From a virus (Duplodnaviria > Heunggongvirae > Uroviricota > Caudoviricetes): a stretch of DNA of 9,513 nt. The DNA is taken from the IMG/VR virus record IMGVR_UViG_2703718777_000005, positions 1-9,513 of that record; one strand, written 5' to 3'. The translations under genes and the position numbers were made by a program. The notes below the pieces were generated by a model, which was given only the letters and a program-made list of their open reading frames with translations, did no database searches and was not told where the DNA came from. Positions 1 to 5,484 of this stretch are shown here, piece after piece; within the stretch, counting starts at the first letter, position 1, and every line of letters begins with the position of its first letter.

Positions 1-24
1 TCATTTTCTGGCGACCAACACAAG

Positions 25-408
25 TCATCTTGCTGTCAGTTGTTTTGATTTCCGGTAGCCTGCCGCGTAAAGAGCTACGTTTGGAAGACATACACCAGTT
101 TCTGGTTGCTTATGTCCAAACTCATTCGCGTACACAATGGCCGCTCGCTCCAGATTGCGTCTGTATTCTTTCTGTTGCCAGATCACGTCCTGTGCCATGA
201 ACTTAATTGGCTTAGCGTCTTCTATGCGCTCAGGCGTTTCGTGAGTACCTTTAGCCTGAATCTGCGCTCTGCTTAGAGTAGGGCGGTGTAATACTTCTGA
301 ACTTATTGCTTCTTCGCGGGCCAGCACGCCGTTAGCTAATGCCTTTGCCTTTAAACGCTCACGACGACGAGAACGTGAATTGCCTTTGAACTGAGTTCTG
401 CGTGTCAT
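25..408 (-). CDS. N: N-type transcription antitermination protein (P22 gp24-like)
   Basis: 127-aa ORF with an N-terminal arginine-rich motif (RSRRRERLKAKALANG) and a C-terminus (VALYAAGYRKSKQLTAR) closely matching the P22 gene 24 C-terminus as recalled. AGGAGG (rc of 414-419) lies 5 nt upstream of the ATG; a P22-type boxB lies upstream in the leader. Confidence 0.8.
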   Translation of the reverse strand: MTRRTQFKGNSRSRRRERLKAKALANGVLAREEAISSEVLHRPTLSRAQIQAKGTHETPERIEDAKPIKFMAQDVIWQQKEYRRNLERAAIVYANEFGHKQPETGVCLPNVALYAAGYRKSKQLTAR

Positions 409-423
409 ATAGACCTCCTGATG

Positions 424-560
424 AACTTTGGTGGTGTGGTAGGTGGGAGACCCATTTCGACCTGTTTCGGCCTACTTCAATTCGGCAATAGTCCCGCAGG
501 CCTCGCCGCTTTACGTGCGACATATTCCCGTCCATGAACCCTTCACCACACCCCAAAGTT
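424..560 (-). promoter_or_regulatory. Long-range inverted repeat in the N leader (arms 424-440 and 544-560), candidate RNA processing or translational-control stem
   Basis: Plus-strand AACTTTGGTGGTGTGGT (424-440) is the reverse complement of CACCACACCCCAAAGTT (544-560) apart from one extra base. Arm 1 ends 4 nt from the N Shine-Dalgarno; arm 2 lies just downstream of boxB in the leftward transcript. Confidence 0.4.
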
Positions 561-573
561 CACTTTGGTTATT

Positions 574-588
574 GCGCTTTGTCAGCGC
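574..588 (-). promoter_or_regulatory. nutL boxB hairpin
   Basis: Plus strand GCGCTTTGTCAGCGC; the leftward transcript reads GCGCUGACAAAGCGC, the P22 boxB sequence as I recall it (4-bp GCGC stem, UGACAAA loop). No convincing boxA was found upstream. Confidence 0.6.
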
Positions 589-657
589 CGTAGATTCATA
601 TTCGAATCGTTGTATATTCACCGCCCTGGTGAGTAATGCGTCCTGCTGACGACGATA

Positions 658-697
658 ATAATGAACCAATAGTTCGACATTATCAAGAACTATTGGT
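658..697 (-). promoter_or_regulatory. Candidate pL promoter with overlapping inverted repeat (possible oL)
   Basis: On the minus strand, TTGATA (rc of 681-686), a 17-nt spacer, then CATTAT (rc of 658-663). A 10-bp inverted repeat ACCAATAGTT (665-674) / AACTATTGGT (688-697) overlaps the -35 and spacer. Placement upstream of nutL is consistent, but the motif is unlike the oR palindromes. Confidence 0.3.
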
Positions 698-870
698 ACG
701 AATTTTGATGATTTATTAACTCTACGAAGTATGATTCTGATATATAAGGAAATTTATTTTTGAAAATGTGGCTGATGAAGGTTATGCGGCAGGGATCATA
801 ACTGCATGGTTTAGCGAGTTACATCAATAAATACAATTGGTTATGTTTTTTAGGTGGGCGAACGTGAGGC

Positions 871-896
871 AAAGAAAACCCGGCGCTGAGGCCGGG
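871..896 (-). terminator. Intrinsic terminator ending the cI-cargo operon (tIMM-like)
   Basis: Minus-strand hairpin CCCGGC-CUCAGC-GCCGGG (plus 879-896) followed directly by UUUUCUUU (rc of 871-878). It sits immediately after the last cassette ORF stop. Confidence 0.6.
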
Positions 897-1061
897 CTAG
901 ATTTTAAAGTATTTATCTTTTAGAGATGTAGATGTAAAACTTTTCGCCTTTGAAAATTTTTTGTCATCAGAAGGGCTTATGAACTCATCTTTTTTGTAGG
1001 GAACCGCTAATGCTGCATCACGTCTGCGAGGCAGCTTGCTTACTTCCTCGCGCTTTTTCAT
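897..1061 (-). CDS. Small basic hypothetical protein (54 aa) tightly coupled downstream of the kinase
   Basis: ATG (rc of 1059-1061) begins 2 nt after the kinase TGA stop; AGGA (rc of 1071-1074) lies about 9 nt upstream. Translation: MKKREEVSKLPRRRDAALAVPYKKDEFISPSDDKKFSKAKSFTSTSLKDKYFKI. The stop abuts the terminator hairpin. It is below the ORF-track size cut-off and is not in the supplied track. Confidence 0.3.
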   Translation of the reverse strand: MKKREEVSKLPRRRDAALAVPYKKDEFISPSDDKKFSKAKSFTSTSLKDKYFKI

Positions 1062-1063
1062 GA

Positions 1064-2110
1064 TCAGTTATCCTTTAATAACCTATACAGTTTTGTAGGG
1101 GTACATCCTGAGGATATTGTTAAGTTCGTAGCACGCCTTTTCCGCCCATCATCGTATAAACGAAAACCAGTAGTAGACGAATTTTCTGCGTCAAAAACTA
1201 TAGACAGTATAGCGTCCCCAGACTTTTTTTGCCATTCGCATGTGCCGTTAGTTGGTTTCGTCATCTGTAGACGCCAGTCAAGAACGCCATCACTTATAGC
1301 TGAGAGATCGTTTAGTACATCTAGTACGGATTGATATCTTTCATTTGGATCTACATGAATGCATTTGTTCACTATTGTTATTAATTTTTTATGTATATGG
1401 GGAGGATACTCTTTTAATGGATAGCAGCCATTAATTATCGACTCTCTGAGTTGTTCAATCGTGCTAAATGCAGATCTTTCTCTTTCAAAATTATCATGTC
1501 CAACACACATTCTATATATGGTTAATCCTGCCTGATATATGTCATATGTGAAATTATAATCATTTGTTGATAAAGAAAAATATTCCGGTGGCACATGAAA
1601 ATGATATCCAAACTCAGGCGCAGCTCTCGATTCCTCATTGACTAACTGAGATAATCCAAAGTCAGATAGCATGGCCTCATTTCTGTTTGATATCATAATG
1701 TTATTAGGTTTTATATCAAAATGCATAAGACCTTTTGAGTGTATATGATAAAGTCCACTTAAAAATTGAATGGAATACCGTATTATCTCCCTGCTTGTAA
1801 GATTATTTTTTTTCATTAATTGGTTTAGCGAACCATTATGATAAAATGGCATGGCTATATAGATATTGCTCTCACATTGAGCAGCATACTGAACTTGCAC
1901 AATATTTGGATGTGCATGTTTATAGAGAAGCCTTGCTTCATTAAAGTAGTCGTCGTGGTTAGTGTTTTCTTTTTTTTCTATTTCTTTAATCACCAAGTCA
2001 TGAGCTAGGTGTCTGTCATGAGCCAGATATACTTTTGAAAAACAACCCTGTTCTTCTAGATCACTAATCCATTCGAATTCTACATCAGCTCTTTTGTATG
2101 GAGTTAGCAT
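1064..2110 (-). CDS. Hanks-type (eukaryotic-like) Ser/Thr/Tyr protein kinase with a C-terminal extension of about 90 aa of unknown function
   Basis: 348-aa ORF with the full set of kinase subdomain motifs: Gly-rich loop QGCFSKVY, beta3 lysine in LVIKEI, catalytic loop HFDIKPNN, DFG (LSDFGLS), APE-like PPEY, DIYQAGLT, and a conserved Arg in PNERYQ. GGAGG lies 7 nt upstream of the ATG. It occupies the rex-like position between cI and pL/N. Confidence 0.85.
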   Translation of the reverse strand: MLTPYKRADVEFEWISDLEEQGCFSKVYLAHDRHLAHDLVIKEIEKKENTNHDDYFNEARLLYKHAHPNIVQVQYAAQCESNIYIAMPFYHNGSLNQLMKKNNLTSREIIRYSIQFLSGLYHIHSKGLMHFDIKPNNIMISNRNEAMLSDFGLSQLVNEESRAAPEFGYHFHVPPEYFSLSTNDYNFTYDIYQAGLTIYRMCVGHDNFERERSAFSTIEQLRESIINGCYPLKEYPPHIHKKLITIVNKCIHVDPNERYQSVLDVLNDLSAISDGVLDWRLQMTKPTNGTCEWQKKSGDAILSIVFDAENSSTTGFRLYDDGRKRRATNLTISSGCTPTKLYRLLKDN

Positions 2111-2565
2111 CCCCTTACCTCCGCAGATAGTGCAGCCAAAACAGCTTCATTTGTTTCAGTTGTAAAACCAGAATTATCGATTCCATTTATATTGCGGTGT
2201 GACTTCAATATTTCTTTATACTCGATCTCTGTTAGGTTCAATGATGATTTCATGCCAGATTTTCTAATAGTGTAATATTTTCTTACATCACTGCTTGAAA
2301 ATGCTTCTTGAATAACAGCTTCTATATAAAGGCGGTCAATGCTAAGATTATCAGAGTTTGATTCAGTAACGCGTATGGCAGCTAATTCAACATTATATAA
2401 ATTAAGAATGTCGAGGATGTTATTTCTCACATACTTTAATTTTTCTGGTGTGTCTAAGGTCGAAGGTATTTTAATAACATCAACACATTTGAGTGCAGAC
2501 TCATTAGTGCAATATACAACAAAAGATGTAACTTTGGGCGCCGCTCTAACACCTAGTATTCTCAT
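2104..2565 (-). CDS. Hypothetical protein (153 aa), translationally coupled to the downstream kinase
   Basis: ORF with AGGA about 8 nt upstream of the ATG. Its TAA stop overlaps the kinase start (ATGCTAA overlap on the minus strand). No family recognised. Confidence 0.6.
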   Translation of the reverse strand: MRILGVRAAPKVTSFVVYCTNESALKCVDVIKIPSTLDTPEKLKYVRNNILDILNLYNVELAAIRVTESNSDNLSIDRLYIEAVIQEAFSSSDVRKYYTIRKSGMKSSLNLTEIEYKEILKSHRNINGIDNSGFTTETNEAVLAALSAEVRGC

Positions 2566-2616
2566 TTTTTATATCCTATTTTAGAATCAGGCCGCATCTC
2601 TGCGACCATCCATCAT

Positions 2617-2631
2617 CCAAACGTCTCTTCA
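2617..2631. repeat. 15-bp direct repeat copy B (CCAAACGTCTCTTCA), immediately 3' of the 113-aa ORF
   Basis: Exact 15-mer identical to 2988-3002; it lies 1 nt after the 113-aa ORF stop codon (2633-2635) on the coding strand. Confidence 0.7.
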
Positions 2632-2632
2632 C

Positions 2633-2974
2633 TCATCCGAAGAAGCAGCAATCCGGGTTAGCACGCACAAGCTCAAGCGCATCAGTCAGCGAAAGTTCAG
2701 TACTGTACTGATGCCATTTCATATCCTTCCGCATCCAATAGATTTTCCATCTATCCAGAGAACGTATGTACTTGATTCTTGCTGATGGCAGGATGTTTGT
2801 TTCACCTGGATTGCCCTGCCACACGGGGCGCTGTTCGCCGATATCTATCGTTTGGTCATTGATGCTATAAACAATATCCAGTTCATTGCGGATATGTTCA
2901 GGCGGCCTTATGCTTTCAATGAATTGGTGAACTTCTTTTTTTACTGCTTGATATTCAAGGTCATTGAACGCCAT
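2633..2974 (-). CDS. Hypothetical protein (113 aa), first gene downstream of cI
   Basis: ORF with a strong RBS (AAGGAGG, rc of 2980-2986) just upstream of the ATG at 2974. The gene is bracketed by two copies of a 15-bp direct repeat. No confident family assignment (Trp-rich C-terminal half WKIYWMRKDMKWHQY). Confidence 0.65.
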   Translation of the reverse strand: MAFNDLEYQAVKKEVHQFIESIRPPEHIRNELDIVYSINDQTIDIGEQRPVWQGNPGETNILPSARIKYIRSLDRWKIYWMRKDMKWHQYSTELSLTDALELVRANPDCCFFG

Positions 2975-2987
2975 CTATCCTCCTTAC

Positions 2988-3002
2988 CCAAACGTCTCTT
3001 CA
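2988..3002. repeat. 15-bp direct repeat copy A (CCAAACGTCTCTTCA), immediately 5' of the 113-aa ORF
   Basis: Exact 15-mer identical to 2617-2631; it sits between the cI stop and the 113-aa ORF RBS. Confidence 0.7.
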
Positions 3003-3034
3003 GGCCACTGGTTACCAGCTATGTGACGATGAAG

Positions 3035-3742
3035 TCACGAACTTTTCAGCCACTCCCTTGCCTCGATGTCATCCAGATGGCGAGATTGCTTCAGAATACC
3101 AGCTACATACTCCACCTTTGCTACTTGATGATAAGGCAACGTTATAGGCCTGTGATCCTGGTTAATGCTTGTAAATTGGTATTCTCCATCTCTGTCATAG
3201 CCAAGAACCTTAATCATGTTGTGTCCTTCAACGGTTCTGACAAACACCTCATCACCCGGGAATACTTTGGTGTTAGGCTCAATGAGTACATATTCTCCTG
3301 ATTTTATTCTGGGCCACATGCTGTCTCCTTTCACACGAAGACCAAAGGCATCTGGATCATCGCTATAAATTTTGAGCCACCCATCGCGCTCTTCGGTCAT
3401 CTCGATGGCACCATCAACACCAAGAATTGCCTCACCAACCACGCGCACTAACCCTTTTTTTAATTTGCCAACAAATGAAAGAGTATCTTCATCATTCGCT
3501 CCATTTAACGAAGTGCCGTGCTGAAGCCAAACAACATCAACGTTTAGAAATTTCGCAAGCGCATTCATTTTTTCCTGACGCGGTAAAGACTCAGCATTAA
3601 ACCATTTGCTAACGCCTTTGGACGAAAGAGAAAGGGCACGGGCTATAGCCATTCCCCTACCATGTTCATCAAGACCAGCTTCTTTACAGGCTTGCGCTAG
3701 CCGCTGGGCGAATTCTTTGCGCACTTTTTCATTCTGAACCAT
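3035..3742 (-). CDS. cI: CI-type prophage repressor (N-terminal HTH, C-terminal LexA/S24 autopeptidase domain)
   Basis: 235-aa ORF. The C-terminal domain carries the S24 catalytic motifs (GDSMWP serine; lysine in MIKVL). It is divergent from cro across a 78-bp operator region, and its start codon sits at the edge of that region (leaderless-like, as for lambda cI from pRM). Confidence 0.85.
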   Translation of the reverse strand: MVQNEKVRKEFAQRLAQACKEAGLDEHGRGMAIARALSLSSKGVSKWFNAESLPRQEKMNALAKFLNVDVVWLQHGTSLNGANDEDTLSFVGKLKKGLVRVVGEAILGVDGAIEMTEERDGWLKIYSDDPDAFGLRVKGDSMWPRIKSGEYVLIEPNTKVFPGDEVFVRTVEGHNMIKVLGYDRDGEYQFTSINQDHRPITLPYHQVAKVEYVAGILKQSRHLDDIEAREWLKSS

Positions 3743-3761
3743 GAGTACGATACTAAAGCAC

Positions 3762-3805
3762 TTGCAAAAACTTTCAGTTCAACCATAATACGTACTGAAA
3801 GTACG
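3762..3805 (+). promoter_or_regulatory. Candidate pR promoter with operator-like palindromes (oR)
   Basis: -35 TTGCAA (3762-3767), 16-nt spacer, -10 CATAAT (3784-3789). Perfect 6-3-6 palindrome CGTACTGAAAGTACG (3791-3805) overlaps the predicted start site; related palindrome AACTTTCAGTT (3769-3779) lies in the spacer; a further short palindrome AGTACGATACT (3744-3754) abuts the cI start. Confidence 0.45.
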
Positions 3806-3820
3806 AAAAAGGATATTCCT

Positions 3821-4048
3821 ATGCAAAATCTTGATGAGCCGATTAAAGGTGTCGGCATCCCTGAAGTTGCGAAGGCTTGTGGAGTTAGCGAAAGGGCTGT
3901 CTATAAGTGGCTCAAAAACGGCTTCCTCCCTAAGACTGAGTTTTTTGGGAAAACTAAATACGCATCAAAAATCGAAGAGATTTCTGGTGGCAAATATCAA
4001 GCAAGCGAAATGCTTGAAATAAGCAAAAAGAACCTTCTGGCTGCATAA
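3821..4048 (+). CDS. cro: Cro-like HTH regulator
   Basis: 75-aa ORF divergent from cI, with AGGA 7 nt upstream of the ATG. HTH-like segment IPEVAKACGVSERAVYKWL; the C-terminus resembles Cro-family tails. First gene of the rightward operon. Confidence 0.7.
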   Translation: MQNLDEPIKGVGIPEVAKACGVSERAVYKWLKNGFLPKTEFFGKTKYASKIEEISGGKYQASEMLEISKKNLLAA

Positions 4049-4056
4049 GTAACACC

Positions 4057-4101
4057 GCTATTTTCACAATGGACATTCGTCCTACGTCGCTGACAAAGCG
4101 A
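4057..4101 (+). promoter_or_regulatory. nutR (boxA-like plus boxB)
   Basis: boxB TCGCTGACAAAGCGA (4087-4101) has the same UGACAAA loop as the nutL boxB, with a 4-bp stem. boxA-like CGCTATTTTCACA (4057-4069) lies 17 nt upstream. Confidence 0.55.
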
Positions 4102-4130
4102 GTCCCAATATATCTGACCAACTAAGGCCA

Positions 4131-4160
4131 TATGCGTTTCCACGCATACCTTTCAACTAG
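4131..4160 (+). terminator. Possible tR1-like hairpin between nutR and cII
   Basis: Stem TATGCGT / ACGCATA (4131-4137 and 4142-4148) with loop TTCC, followed by CCTTTCAACT. The T-tract is weak, so it may be rho-dependent or not a terminator at all. Confidence 0.3.
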
Positions 4161-4186
4161 CTATTCACTATTGGAAATCTTAAGAA

Positions 4187-4483
4187 ATGGAACAAACAAG
4201 TTACAGCAAACTATCACAGCGAGAAATTGATCGCGCAGAAACAGATTTACTCATCAACCTGTCAACGCTTACCCAGCGCGGTCTGGCAAAGATGATTGGC
4301 TGTCATGAATCGAAGATAAGCAGAACGGACTGGAGGTTTATTGCTTCGGTCCTGTGTGCTTTCGGAATGGCATCAGACATCAGTCCGATTAGCAGGGCTT
4401 TTAAGTATGCGCTTGATGGACTCACCAATAAAAAACGCCCGGCGGCAACCGAGCGTTCTGAACAAATACAAATGGAATTTTAA
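4187..4483 (+). CDS. cII: CII transcriptional activator homolog
   Basis: 98-aa ORF whose C-terminus (TNKKRPAATERSEQIQMEF) matches the lambda CII C-terminus as recalled. The N-terminal and HTH region is divergent but alignable (ESKISR..W versus KSQISRW). Confidence 0.85.
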   Translation: MEQTSYSKLSQREIDRAETDLLINLSTLTQRGLAKMIGCHESKISRTDWRFIASVLCAFGMASDISPISRAFKYALDGLTNKKRPAATERSEQIQMEF

Positions 4484-4505
4484 CAACATCCAACGAGGTA
4501 ATTAT

Positions 4506-4649
4506 ATGCGAAAAACGCAGGAAAATAAACGCGTTAATCACCGAAAAGATGTGCTACGTGACCAGTTTTATCAGGGGGTTAATCCAGCAATAGCTGTGCC
4601 ACTGAGAGAAATACTTAACAGGTACAAAACTTCGGAGAAGTCAAAATGA
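4506..4649 (+). CDS. Small hypothetical protein (47 aa)
   Basis: Internal ATG of the 4341..4649 track ORF with GAGGT 7 nt upstream. Its stop overlaps the start of the next gene (ATGA). The upstream part of the track ORF overlaps cII out of frame and is rejected. Confidence 0.35.
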   Translation: MRKTQENKRVNHRKDVLRDQFYQGVNPAIAVPLREILNRYKTSEKSK

Positions 4650-5377
4650 GCATGAATCTTATGGCTAAGGCCATGAATATAAAGGTTGGCAACCCACTGA
4701 GAAAACTGGTTCTGATTAAACTTGCCGATAACGCCAATGATAATGGCGAATGCTGGCCTTCATATCAACATGTCGCTGACCAGTGTGAGGTGAGCAGATC
4801 GACAGTAAAAAGTCACATTAGGGCACTGGAAGATATGGGGCTTTTGAAAAGGGAATTCAGAAGAAAAGGAGAGCTTAACCAGTCAAACGTTTTTTATCTG
4901 ACGTTGGATAATGCACAACAAATCCAACCAGAATTAGGTGGGGCAGGAGCTGACCCCAGAACCTATCACTCTTTTGAACCAGTCAATGAACCTAAAAACA
5001 TTAAGTTCGAACGTGTCCGAACGAAGTGCGAAAAATCATCTGACCGTCACGAAGAAACCGACAAGGCATTCGAGGAAATATTCTGGTGTGCAGGCATGCG
5101 GAAAGCCGGGAAGAAAAACGCAGCTTCGGCATTCAGAACACAGTTCAGGGAATGGCGTAAAACTACCGGGGGTACGGCAAGCGAGTTTGCCACGATGCTG
5201 GCAGAAGACATCGCATGCAGGAATGGTAAGCAGTTCGGATTCGACAGGTTGTTACCATCGAGCTACCTGAACGGTCAGCGCTGGAACGACGAGAAGCCAG
5301 AAACCATTCAACCACAAGCCAGACCATCATCCGCAATCACCGTATCGAAAACTGGCTACGTGTTTTTCGACAGGTGA
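4646..5377 (+). CDS. Putative replication initiation / origin-binding protein (N-terminal winged-HTH)
   Basis: 243-aa ORF in the position of lambda O, directly upstream of the primase-helicase. The N-terminal segment (LIKLADNANDNGECWPSYQHVADQCEVSRSTVKSHIRALEDMGLLKR) is HTH-like. The functional call is positional and motif-based only. Confidence 0.55.
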   Translation: MSMNLMAKAMNIKVGNPLRKLVLIKLADNANDNGECWPSYQHVADQCEVSRSTVKSHIRALEDMGLLKREFRRKGELNQSNVFYLTLDNAQQIQPELGGAGADPRTYHSFEPVNEPKNIKFERVRTKCEKSSDRHEETDKAFEEIFWCAGMRKAGKKNAASAFRTQFREWRKTTGGTASEFATMLAEDIACRNGKQFGFDRLLPSSYLNGQRWNDEKPETIQPQARPSSAITVSKTGYVFFDR

Positions 5378-5484
5378 ACCATGAAATCAAAAATCAAATC
5401 GCTACTGGTCGCTGGTTATAACCACGGCTGGTTAAGTATTTCGTTTGTCGATTTCTGGTTTAAAAATCTCAATCTGAGGGAATC

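Noticed and set aside
359-649. Track ORFs 359..556 (-) and 443..649 (+) in the N leader / nutL region
   Set aside because: They overlap the N gene or its structured leader, have no RBS, and are better explained as non-coding regulatory RNA/DNA (boxB, leader stem).
2339-3301. Plus-strand ORFs 2339..2584 and 2852..3301, antisense to the cassette genes and cI
   Set aside because: They are antisense to well-supported minus-strand genes with good RBSs, lack start context, and have low-complexity hydrophobic translations typical of shadow ORFs.
3831-4022. ORF 3831..4022 (+) overlapping cro in another frame
   Set aside because: Entirely nested within the Cro-like gene, which has the RBS and HTH signature. 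Alternate-frame artefact.
4341-4505. 5' portion of track ORF 4341..4649 overlapping the cII 3' end
   Set aside because: It overlaps cII out of frame. Only the distal part, from the ATG at 4506 with its own RBS, is retained as a possible small gene.
4938-5270. ORF 4938..5270 (+) nested in the replication initiator gene
   Set aside because: Alternate frame inside a better-supported gene; no RBS.
5381-5437. Tiny ORF (MKSKIKSLLVAGYNHGWLS-like, about 19 aa) between the initiator and the primase-helicase
   Set aside because: Too short and without clear RBS support. It could be a leader peptide, but the evidence is insufficient.
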